From IMG/VR virus record IMGVR_UViG_3300031694_000003, positions 3,767-67,766 of that record: a stretch of 64,000 nucleotides of DNA; one strand, given 5' to 3'. Source of the DNA: a virus (Duplodnaviria; Caudoviricetes). The stretch's first letter is position 1. Every line of letters begins with the position of its first letter. Below the pieces are notes generated by a model. That model was given only the letters and a program-made list of their open reading frames with translations. It was not told the origin of the DNA and made no database searches. A program made the translations under genes and the position numbers. Below are positions 9,139-17,249 of the stretch, piece after piece.

Positions 9139-9352
9139 AGGCACTTGAAAGCCTAAAACGCAAGAGTGTTACTCCATATCTACTACATATTCCCCTCAAA
9201 TACGTTATATAGGTGGTTCTGGAACATGTCCACACAAACATACACACAAACAAACCGAGTGTACTACTGTGTATGTACTCTGGGGTGATAGTGAGAGCAT
9301 AATAAGAAAAAAGCGAAGACATACCGTAGTACATCTCCGCAATCTAATTAGC

Positions 9353-10120
9353 CTAACCGAAGTTAAGACCGTAATCTGCTGTGCCTGCTGAATCAACAGG
9401 TGCTTTCTCCGTTGTGGACTTAGCATCATCAGATTTCTCAACGCCTGAACAAGACATAAGAGCGCCTCTTGCTGACATCTTAGCTCTAATGTTCGCACCT
9501 TTTAGTGCAAGCAAGTCGTAGTTAAGCTCAGTCTGGAACACGTCAAGCATGTCGCAGTCTTCAAGGATGTGGAATAGCTTCGTAATTATCTTACTTGGCT
9601 TGTTATCCTTCCCTGTCAATCGCTCTACAGTCCAACCTGCTCCTTCAAGAGTAGCAAATAGCTGGTGGTACTGAGGCATCACCTGCAGACCTTTCTTAGC
9701 CAACTGTGTTGCACGGTACTTAGCAAACTCTACTTGACATTGTGCAATCGAGCGTAGTCCGTAAACCACGCGTTCTTCGGTGAATAAGAAGGCCTCTGTA
9801 GCCGTTCTGTAGTCAAGAAGTTCCAATGTCAAACACAAGTTCATACCATCCTTACTACCTGCATTGGTAGCAACAACACTAATCAGTCGCATGTTATGTT
9901 CCACTCCATCATAGCCTGCACGTTTACTGACATCAGTAATCTTTAGACCCGATAGCTCGGACATATACAACGGCATAGCAGGTGTTTCCACAACGGGAAT
10001 AGCCTCTACTACAGCTGTAGCTTGGGGTTGAGCGTCAGTATTTAGCTCTGACGTAGCTGTTGGAGCACCAAACACAAAGTTTGACGCATTCTTAAAGATG
10101 CTGTTTTCAGCCATATCCAT
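9353..10120 (-). CDS. Hypothetical early protein (about 255 aa; probable start MDMAENS at 10120 or 10114 rather than TTG at 10219)
   Basis: Long ORF; the 10219 start falls inside the repeat element. Confidence 0.75.
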   Translation of the reverse strand: MDMAENSIFKNASNFVFGAPTATSELNTDAQPQATAVVEAIPVVETPAMPLYMSELSGLKITDVSKRAGYDGVEHNMRLISVVATNAGSKDGMNLCLTLELLDYRTATEAFLFTEERVVYGLRSIAQCQVEFAKYRATQLAKKGLQVMPQYHQLFATLEGAGWTVERLTGKDNKPSKIITKLFHILEDCDMLDVFQTELNYDLLALKGANIRAKMSARGALMSCSGVEKSDDAKSTTEKAPVDSAGTADYGLNFG

Positions 10121-10208
10121 AAGGGTTGTGCAAGTTTCCGACAGAGGCATAGCCTCCCTTGCGATTAATTTAAGCATCGTACCTCGGATAGTACAATGTA
10201 ATAGTAAT

Positions 10209-10290
10209 GTTGTAGACAATGAGAGAGTTATTTCCTGTATGGGATATGTATATGTATATGGTCACTATCACTAGGAGGCTCTCGCCCCCT
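10209..10290 (-). promoter_or_regulatory. Early repeat copy C
   Basis: AGGGGGC-GAGA-GCCTCCT hairpin, AGTGATAGTGA, 32 nt, AACTCTCTC, ATTGTCTACAAC. Confidence 0.8.
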
Positions 10291-10295
10291 AATAA

Positions 10296-10583
10296 CTAAA
10301 ACCTATCTCCTGGTCTAGGAGCAGTCCACTGTAATTCCTTGGTCAGCTTGGTAGCTGCGAAGTTCAGTACCATCACTCCTTGGCGTGGACTGTTGTACCA
10401 CACACAACCACAGCTTGGGACTTTACTCCCTTTAGCTCTGCAGGTTGTCTGATACTGCATTATCCTCTTCAGTAAGTCAGAGCGTTGCTCTCTTACTTTG
10501 TCGGAGAACTTCCAACCTTTAGATACGTGGCTGTTCTTTGTAGTCCCTGGGTAATTCCATGTTATGTTTATAGTCATACGCAT
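10296..10583 (-). CDS. Hypothetical basic early protein (95 aa)
   Basis: Sits between repeat copies B and C. Confidence 0.65.
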   Translation of the reverse strand: MRMTINITWNYPGTTKNSHVSKGWKFSDKVREQRSDLLKRIMQYQTTCRAKGSKVPSCGCVWYNSPRQGVMVLNFAATKLTKELQWTAPRPGDRF

Positions 10584-10629
10584 GATTCGGATAGTTTAAT
10601 GTCCTTTAGTTAGAACCGATAGGACAATT

Positions 10630-10710
10630 GTTGTAGTTAATGAGAGAGTTCTTTTATATCCTGCAGTAGCTGTGTATATCGTCACTATCACTAGAGGGCG
10701 TGAGCCCCCT
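10630..10710 (-). promoter_or_regulatory. Early repeat copy B
   Basis: AGGGGGC-TCAC-GCCCTCT hairpin, AGTGATAGTGA, 31 nt, AACTCTCTC, ATTAACTACAAC. Confidence 0.8.
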
Positions 10711-10718
10711 GTGTGATA

Positions 10719-11048
10719 CTAGAATGGTAAGTCATCGTTAATCATTTGGTAGAGAGTCTCAATCTCCACCTCTCTAGCGATGATGTTGTCGCCAAGCTGC
10801 TTCTGCTTCTGTTGAAGCTCAGCAATCTGACGAGAGACACGAGCGTGTCTAATCACATCTTGTACGTCATTGTACAATTGGATTGTCATCACCGCAGTGA
10901 TGGTTGTGAACCCTTTGTGGTTGCTAGACTCAAGTCTAAAGCAATCATTGTTGTTCAATGCAGAAGCCACACGTACTGTGAAGTCTGCAGTCTTGATGCG
11001 CAATACAATCTTGCACAATCCTAAGTCCAGGTTTTGAAATCCGTACAT
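10719..11048 (-). CDS. Early coiled-coil protein ending in DDLPF
   Basis: 109 aa; heptad stretch IAELQQKQKQL...; C-terminal DDLPF. Confidence 0.7.
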   Translation of the reverse strand: MYGFQNLDLGLCKIVLRIKTADFTVRVASALNNNDCFRLESSNHKGFTTITAVMTIQLYNDVQDVIRHARVSRQIAELQQKQKQLGDNIIAREVEIETLYQMINDDLPF

Positions 11049-11095
11049 AATCGGTCAGCCATAACACCCATAGGTGCGTGGACGCTGATTCCCAC

Positions 11096-11183
11096 TAGTT
11101 GTAGGCAAGTAGAGAGTTGTTTTCTCCGCCCGTCATTTTATGTGCATATCATCACTATCACTAAGCAAGGTCTCCCCTGCTCA
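11096..11183 (-). promoter_or_regulatory. Early repeat copy A
   Basis: TGAGCAGGG-GAGA-CCTTGCTTA hairpin, GTGATAGTGA, 33 nt, AACTCTCT, ACTTGCCTACAAC. Confidence 0.8.
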
Positions 11184-11191
11184 GCAATTCA

Positions 11192-11548
11192 TTACTCATT
11201 CATTCTGTTCTTGAACTCCTTCATCCCTCTCTTCACTGACTCTTTAGACAAGGCACTGTGAGGTAGCTGTCCTTCAGCTGACCAGTCTTCTGGGTACAAT
11301 GCACAGTGGTCAAGGTAAGCTGACTCCTTCTTGAGGAAGTACATCAGTTCATCTTGTGGAATGTCCTCCACTGCTAATGACCCACCATCGTAGACTAACG
11401 TGCCATCGATGTCAATCCATCCATTTCTTAACTTAATGTTAAGCTTGTTTGCACTGCTGTCAATCAACAAATACAATGCATACACAGCACACACTGCAAG
11501 TATTCCGAACATAACTATTGTAGGCGTATTCATAATCATTGCCGACAC
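11192..11548 (-). CDS. First early gene: N-terminally membrane-anchored hypothetical protein (118 aa)
   Basis: Hydrophobic IVMFGILAVCAVYALYLLI segment. Confidence 0.7.
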   Translation of the reverse strand: MSAMIMNTPTIVMFGILAVCAVYALYLLIDSSANKLNIKLRNGWIDIDGTLVYDGGSLAVEDIPQDELMYFLKKESAYLDHCALYPEDWSAEGQLPHSALSKESVKRGMKEFKNRMNE

Positions 11549-11569
11549 TAAGGTAGTGGCATCTCCATT

Positions 11570-11594
11570 TAGTTGAAGGCAATTAGAGTGTTTC
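11570..11594 (-). promoter_or_regulatory. Partial copy F of the early repeat, upstream of the first early gene
   Basis: tagttgaaggcaattagagtgtt matches copy A tagttgtaggcaagtagagagtt at 20 of 23 nt. Confidence 0.65.
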
Positions 11595-11686
11595 TCAAGT
11601 TAAGGGGGGGCTTCAAAAGTTTCTTAGTGGTAGGGGGCTTTTAACATATAACGTCCACACCCACAAAAACATAAAAAATTTTTAGT

Positions 11687-11694
11687 TATCTTTG
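11687..11694 (+). promoter_or_regulatory. Bacteroidetes-type -7 promoter element (TATCTTTG)
   Basis: TAnnTTTG 26 nt upstream of the first late gene. Confidence 0.6.
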
Positions 11695-11720
11695 GTTAAA
11701 TAATTTAAAAAAAATTCATA

Positions 11721-12203
11721 ATGGGTAAAAGAAAAGTAGTAAAAACGGTAGACGCTAGCGGTAATAAGAAGAAGGTTGTTACTAGAAGAAGCGGGACAGT
11801 TGTAACCAAAACTGAGAGAGATGGTGGTTCTTTAGGTGTTAGAAAGGCTAAACGTGTCACTAAAGCTGATGGTTCTTCTAAGACTAAGTCTACAATCAAA
11901 AAGTCTAATGGCTCTAAGATAAAATCAAAGACAGCTTATAGTGCTGATGGTTCTTCTATAAAGAGAAAAAGCACTTTTAAGGACGGTTATGGTACTAAGA
12001 CTAAGAACAGTTCTTCTAGTAAATCTGATGGTTCTTCAAAATCCAAGTACACGACTAATTCTAAAACTCCTGGTAAGACTTACGTACAAAAAAGTAAAAC
12101 CACTTCTGGCGGTAAAACTACAGAGAAGTATAAAAGCACTAGATTAGGTGAAAATAAAACTAAGAACAAATATTCAAAGGGTGGTTTAGTCCAACATAAT
12201 TAA
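11721..12203 (+). CDS. Very basic Lys/Ser/Thr-rich protein (160 aa), possible DNA-condensing or internal virion protein
   Basis: Repeated DGSSK-like turns; ends YSKGGLVQHN. Confidence 0.65.
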   Translation: MGKRKVVKTVDASGNKKKVVTRRSGTVVTKTERDGGSLGVRKAKRVTKADGSSKTKSTIKKSNGSKIKSKTAYSADGSSIKRKSTFKDGYGTKTKNSSSSKSDGSSKSKYTTNSKTPGKTYVQKSKTTSGGKTTEKYKSTRLGENKTKNKYSKGGLVQHN

Positions 12204-12277
12204 TGATATATTAAAAAAAATTTTATATATTTACGGCAGTTCGTTTTTGGTTAACGGATTATCTGTTCATAATAAGT

Positions 12278-12308
12278 AGGGGGTGATATTGTCACCCTTT
12301 ATTTTTTT
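12278..12308 (+). terminator. Intrinsic terminator
   Basis: GGGGTGAT-ATT-GTCACCCT stem followed by a T-run. Confidence 0.65.
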
Positions 12309-12310
12309 CT

Positions 12311-12318
12311 TATATTTG
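12311..12318 (+). promoter_or_regulatory. Bacteroidetes-type -7 element (TATATTTG)
   Basis: TAnnTTTG immediately after a terminator and before the terminase operon. Confidence 0.55.
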
Positions 12319-12322
12319 ATGT

Positions 12323-12622
12323 ATGACAGAACATATAAAAACCAAATTCGGAGTAATTAGACAAAAGAAAGACGGAACATACAATGGTTACGTTAATCAT
12401 GGAAGCAATTACTTTAAGATAGATGAAGAGGACGTGTTTATTGATTATGTTGACTTAGGTTATATAGTACAGCACAACGAGTATATAATGCAGGGAGGAA
12501 GCAGCATTAAGTACACTTACACGTGGAAAGATAAGGACGGAATGATTAACGAAGAACCAGTAGTAAGTATAGTGCCTCCCACAATGGTAATGAGGACTAA
12601 CTTAATTAAACTAGGAGCTTAA
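12323..12622 (+). CDS. Hypothetical protein (99 aa)
   Basis: TAATG coupling to the next gene. Confidence 0.7.
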   Translation: MTEHIKTKFGVIRQKKDGTYNGYVNHGSNYFKIDEEDVFIDYVDLGYIVQHNEYIMQGGSSIKYTYTWKDKDGMINEEPVVSIVPPTMVMRTNLIKLGA

Positions 12623-13155
12623 TGTATTTAGTTAATCTAGATAAGACTGGCAAGGTCATAATGGACGACAGCGTAAATGCTGTAGAAGAGTTCAGAGAAG
12701 TAATATCAACGAAAGGTTTAGGGATGAAGGGAATGTTGTATGTATCGCTATTCTGCGACTACGACAGTATATACCGTCATTTTACAGACACTGAACGAGC
12801 TCGTATGATAGGTAGTGTTATCTTTAACAACTACGACTGGAAGGGTTCAAAAAATCCGAAAATCGCTAACGCGATACTGATGTATAAGAAATTACAGTTT
12901 GACCCTCTTGACGCTCAGCTTCTCGCTTTCAATGAGAAGATAAACGAGTACACGGACCTAATGAAGAAGGTTACGATAGAGGAAGACAATGCGTTGGACT
13001 GGCAGAAGATAATGATTGGTATAGATAAGATACTATCTACAAGACAGAAGTTGTTGGATGCTATCGAGCGTAGAGGTGCTCGTACTAAGATTTCAGGGGA
13101 TGGTGAGTTAAACTATCTAGAAAAGAAACAATCAGTATTAGATAAGAATGGGTAA
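12622..13155 (+). CDS. Probable terminase small subunit
   Basis: 177 aa, helical; overlaps the start of the large terminase (inferred from position). Confidence 0.55.
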   Translation: MYLVNLDKTGKVIMDDSVNAVEEFREVISTKGLGMKGMLYVSLFCDYDSIYRHFTDTERARMIGSVIFNNYDWKGSKNPKIANAILMYKKLQFDPLDAQLLAFNEKINEYTDLMKKVTIEEDNALDWQKIMIGIDKILSTRQKLLDAIERRGARTKISGDGELNYLEKKQSVLDKNG

Positions 13156-14944
13156 CATTAAGAAATACGCTCCTATTATACATCAGGGTATTCCTGATTT
13201 CAATCCAGAAAGCGTTTCATATAGAGAATTTTGGGATGAGCAAATAGAGAGATGCAAGCACGGGTATAAGCCTCCAGGGATGGATTTCATTACTGGTAAA
13301 CATTATTATTATCTAAACTTCTATAAAATTTTAGGTAATTCTGGTGAGAAGGGTGGTCGTAAATCTCTTATCGCTCCTTGGTATAGAGACATGGATAAGG
13401 AATACTTTGACTTGTTCGATACGTGCAAGGAAGAAGAGAAAGGAATGATTGTTATTAAGGCTAGGGATAAAGGGTTCTCTTATATGAATTCTGGTATCCT
13501 AGCTCAGGAGTATACATTTTACCCACACAATGAAGTAGGTATTGCAGCTGGTTTACAAGTTACAGCCGATTCATTTTTCCAAAAAGTTAAGAAAGGTTTA
13601 TATAATCAAGAGAATATCTTTAGGCATTCTATTTTAAAAGATGCTGATGAGGTAGTTCGTTCTGGTTATAAAAGAAAAAATATCGAAGGTAAGTGGGAGA
13701 TTGGTGGTTTCCAGTCTGTTATACATTGCCGTACAATGAGTAATCCTGAAGTATTTAAAGGAGAGCGTTTATCTGTTATGGTATTTGAGGAAGCTGGGGA
13801 ATTTAAAGAGTTACTTAACGCTTATATGTCATCGAAAGCATGCTTCATGGATGGGAACGAACAATTTGGTGTTCCTATTATTGGTGGTACGGGTGGTGAT
13901 ATAGAAACCTCTTCTAAGGATTTCATGGATATGTATTATAATGCTGATGCGTTTAATCTTATCCCTATGTTTATTCCTGCTACAAAATGTTACCATGGGT
14001 TCTTTGATACTAAGACTGGAATCTCTCAGGAAGCAGAAGCAAAGGAAAAGCTTATGGCAGAGAGAGACCAACTGAAGAAGTCAGACAATCAAAAGGGTTT
14101 CAATCTTCATATACAAAACTATCCACTAACCGTAGAGGAGGCATTCTTACAGACTAAGTCTTCTATGTTTAACGTAGCTAAGATTAACGACCAAAGGAGC
14201 GCTATACTTTCCAGTAATACGCTAACTAATCAAGTACAAAAAGGTTACTTAGAATGGGAGGGTGAAGAAATGAGTGTTAGATGGATACCAGATGGTGCTG
14301 GACCTTATAGAATACTTGCTCACCCAAAGACAGAATACAAAGGCTTAGACATTGGAGGTATTGATTCTTATGACCAAGACCAGGCATCTACAGATTCTTT
14401 AGGTTCTGCTGTTATATATAGGAGATTTTACAGTACTGAGATGGCTAGTAACTACGTTGTAGCCGAGTACACAGAAAGACCAAGGACAGCAGAGGAGTTT
14501 TGGGATGGGTGTCTTAAACTGGCTGTTTACTATAACTCAGAAATGTTAATAGAATTTACCAAAATAGGTATTATTGACTACTTCAAGAGAATGGGAGGTT
14601 TAAAGTTCTTAAAAGAAAGACCTACGGCAGCTCACTCTCCAAAGACTGTAAATAGAAATAGGTACGGTATCCAGATGAACAAGCACACCAAAGCTGTGAT
14701 GGAGCAATACCTACAGAAATACGTAGAAGAAAACTGTGACGACATATATTTCATTGACTTATTAGACGAATTAGCGAACTATAGAGTACGAAATACGGAT
14801 AGGGTTATTGCGTTTGGACTGTGTCTTATACATGACATTGACATTTACGAAAAAAGTGTTAAATTTGGGGAGTCAGAACAAAAAAACTTAGGATTCGTAT
14901 ACTACCGTAGAGAAAATGGTAGGCTAGTACCGTATAAAGAATAA
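13148..14944 (+). CDS. terL: Terminase large subunit
   Basis: KARDKGFSY Walker A region, VMVFEEAGE Walker B, GGTGG, nuclease GGIDSYD and TDRVIAFGL. Confidence 0.95.
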   Translation: MGNIKKYAPIIHQGIPDFNPESVSYREFWDEQIERCKHGYKPPGMDFITGKHYYYLNFYKILGNSGEKGGRKSLIAPWYRDMDKEYFDLFDTCKEEEKGMIVIKARDKGFSYMNSGILAQEYTFYPHNEVGIAAGLQVTADSFFQKVKKGLYNQENIFRHSILKDADEVVRSGYKRKNIEGKWEIGGFQSVIHCRTMSNPEVFKGERLSVMVFEEAGEFKELLNAYMSSKACFMDGNEQFGVPIIGGTGGDIETSSKDFMDMYYNADAFNLIPMFIPATKCYHGFFDTKTGISQEAEAKEKLMAERDQLKKSDNQKGFNLHIQNYPLTVEEAFLQTKSSMFNVAKINDQRSAILSSNTLTNQVQKGYLEWEGEEMSVRWIPDGAGPYRILAHPKTEYKGLDIGGIDSYDQDQASTDSLGSAVIYRRFYSTEMASNYVVAEYTERPRTAEEFWDGCLKLAVYYNSEMLIEFTKIGIIDYFKRMGGLKFLKERPTAAHSPKTVNRNRYGIQMNKHTKAVMEQYLQKYVEENCDDIYFIDLLDELANYRVRNTDRVIAFGLCLIHDIDIYEKSVKFGESEQKNLGFVYYRRENGRLVPYKE

Positions 14945-14951
14945 AAAAACT

Positions 14952-17216
14952 ATGGGTTTAAAAAAATACTCTTTTCCAAGACAGTCTATATCCGACAGCG
15001 AAAAAGATTTAGAATGGTGTAAAGAAAACTTAAAAGCTATTACTAAGTATGTTGGTAGTAATAGTAGTGGTCCTGAATCTAAACTTTCGGGTAGAGAAAA
15101 AGATATAGCTAATTATAATCTCTATAATGGTCATTTAAATGCTGCTGATTATGAATACATAACAGACCAGTACGGAATACCTTATCCTGCGCAATTAGCA
15201 AACTTCCCTTTAATATCTACTAAGATTGACTTATTAGTTAATGAAGATGGAGAAAGACCTTTAGATAAGAAAGTTAAATCAATAAATAAAAAAGCTGCTA
15301 TAAGAAAAGAGAACTTTAAGGTCTCTATGGTGGTAAATAAACTATTGAAAGAAGTAAAGCACGAGTTCAAAGAGAAGTTTGGAGTCGAAGCTGAAACTGA
15401 AAACGATAAATTCCCTATACCAGACGACATAGATGAATATATGCGTTATGAGTATAAGGAGCTTATAGAAGAGGTTTGTCAGGACGGGTTAGATTACCTT
15501 ATTGATAGATACAGACTTAAAGATACGTTCAGAGATGGACTGAGAGACTTCTTAGTTACAGGTAAGGTATTCTACAAGGTGTATATCAAAAACGGAGACC
15601 CGTTTACAAGAAGAGTAGACCCTAGAACCCTTATCTGGGACAAGACAGTACAAAGCGATTACTTAGAGGACGCTCAATGGGCAGCCGAAGAAAGATGGCT
15701 TACTGTTAATGAAGTTATAGATGAGTATAGAGATGATTTAGAACCTAAAGATATACAGAAGTTAGAAGAGCTTGGTGCTATTAATAGTAACGAGGGATTG
15801 TCTAATTTCAATAGTGAGTTTGATTGGGTGGACTACTCAGAGAACAAAGGCGTAAGATTACGTATTGTTACTGCTGAATGGAAGTCTATTAAAGAACTTA
15901 AATACAAAGTTTCAGAAAACAAACACGACCCTAAGACTCCATTTAAAAAAATCGTAAAGACCGACTATAAATCTCGTAAAAACGAGAAAATGGAAAGTAT
16001 TTTCGTAGACGATGTATGGGAAGCTACAGAGATAGCTGGTCAAGTATGGGTTCAATGTAGAAGACGACCTAATCAGGTTCGTTCAGTGGATGATGCAGGT
16101 AGTACACCTCTTTCTTATGCTGGATGTATACATAACCACACAACTGGTAATAGTAAGTCATTAGTTGATTTATTACGCCATACACAAATGCTCTATAACA
16201 TTGTACATTACCATATAGAACTTACATTGGCTAGAGCTGGTGGTAAAGCTGTTATATATGACGTTGCACAATTACCTACTAATATTGGTATGGATATGCA
16301 GACTGTAATGTATCACTTGAAGACTGATGGGGTAATACCTATCAATAGTATGCAAGAAGGTGGAGATGCTACTAAGTTTAATCAATTCCAACAGGTAGAT
16401 TTTACTTTATCTAGCTCAGTACAGCAATTAATAAACCTTAAGCTTATGCTTGAGCAAACTGCAGGACAAATATCTGGAGTATCACCTCAAAGAGAGGGTG
16501 CTATATCTCAGTATGAGTATGTTGGTAATGTTCAGCGTTCTGTAGTACAATCTTCTTTATCTACAAAGGGTTGGTTTCACCAGCACAATGAAGTGAAGAA
16601 AATGGTATTCGAAAGACTTTGTAATCTTATGAAGATAAGTTGGTCTGAAGGAAAGAAGGCAGGTTACGTATTAGGAGATGGTGGATTTAAGTTCTTAAAT
16701 GTATTACCTGATATTGCATTAAATGACTATGGTATATTTATAGGAGATTCTGGTAAAGATGATGCTATGAGAAAAATGGTTCAAGAGATGTCTGCACAAG
16801 CACTACAGAGTGGTAATTTATCTTTATTAGATGCTATTAAAGTTCTTAAGACTGAAAGTCTATCTGAAGCTGAAGTTGTTTTAGAAAGAGGATTAGACGG
16901 AATGAAGGAAATGCAAGAACAAATGCAACAACAACAAGCACAGCAACAACAGATGATGCAAGAACAAGAAGCTCAGAAATCAAAAATTGAAGCTCAACAG
17001 AAAGAAGCAGAGTTGTTAAATAAAATACAAATCGCTCAAATAGGTGCTGACTCTAGGATTGAGGTTGCGGAAATTCAAACTGAACAAAAACAATCTTCTG
17101 ATTTACTAAAAGAAGAAAATAAAGTTCGATTAGAAGCTGCAAAAGCAGACTTACAAGACCAAATGAATGATAACGAGTCACATAGAAATATTAACCAACC
17201 AAATGCAAAGAAATAA
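14952..17216 (+). CDS. Portal protein
   Basis: 754 aa directly after TerL; Q-rich coiled-coil C-terminus; crAss-like gene order. Confidence 0.85.
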   Translation: MGLKKYSFPRQSISDSEKDLEWCKENLKAITKYVGSNSSGPESKLSGREKDIANYNLYNGHLNAADYEYITDQYGIPYPAQLANFPLISTKIDLLVNEDGERPLDKKVKSINKKAAIRKENFKVSMVVNKLLKEVKHEFKEKFGVEAETENDKFPIPDDIDEYMRYEYKELIEEVCQDGLDYLIDRYRLKDTFRDGLRDFLVTGKVFYKVYIKNGDPFTRRVDPRTLIWDKTVQSDYLEDAQWAAEERWLTVNEVIDEYRDDLEPKDIQKLEELGAINSNEGLSNFNSEFDWVDYSENKGVRLRIVTAEWKSIKELKYKVSENKHDPKTPFKKIVKTDYKSRKNEKMESIFVDDVWEATEIAGQVWVQCRRRPNQVRSVDDAGSTPLSYAGCIHNHTTGNSKSLVDLLRHTQMLYNIVHYHIELTLARAGGKAVIYDVAQLPTNIGMDMQTVMYHLKTDGVIPINSMQEGGDATKFNQFQQVDFTLSSSVQQLINLKLMLEQTAGQISGVSPQREGAISQYEYVGNVQRSVVQSSLSTKGWFHQHNEVKKMVFERLCNLMKISWSEGKKAGYVLGDGGFKFLNVLPDIALNDYGIFIGDSGKDDAMRKMVQEMSAQALQSGNLSLLDAIKVLKTESLSEAEVVLERGLDGMKEMQEQMQQQQAQQQQMMQEQEAQKSKIEAQQKEAELLNKIQIAQIGADSRIEVAEIQTEQKQSSDLLKEENKVRLEAAKADLQDQMNDNESHRNINQPNAKK

Positions 17217-17221
17217 TTTAA

Positions 17222-17229
17222 TATCTTTG
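17222..17229 (+). promoter_or_regulatory. Bacteroidetes-type -7 element (TATCTTTG)
   Basis: TAnnTTTG 20 nt upstream of the 17250 ATG. Confidence 0.55.
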
Positions 17230-17249
17230 TAGAAACTAAAAAGCAAGGC

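Noticed and set aside
9137-9498. ORFs 9137-9334 and 9205-9498
   Set aside because: They overlap each other and the 9353 gene, cross hairpin and low-complexity sequence, and have no A-rich leader.
10209-11183. Early repeats as a CRISPR array or attC/integron sites
   Set aside because: Units are separated by whole genes, contain a variable internal spacer, and no cas or integrase gene is present.
13148-14944. Inteins or introns in the terminase, helicase or vRNAP genes
   Set aside because: TerL and DnaB have normal lengths with contiguous motifs; no intein or homing-endonuclease signature was recognised.
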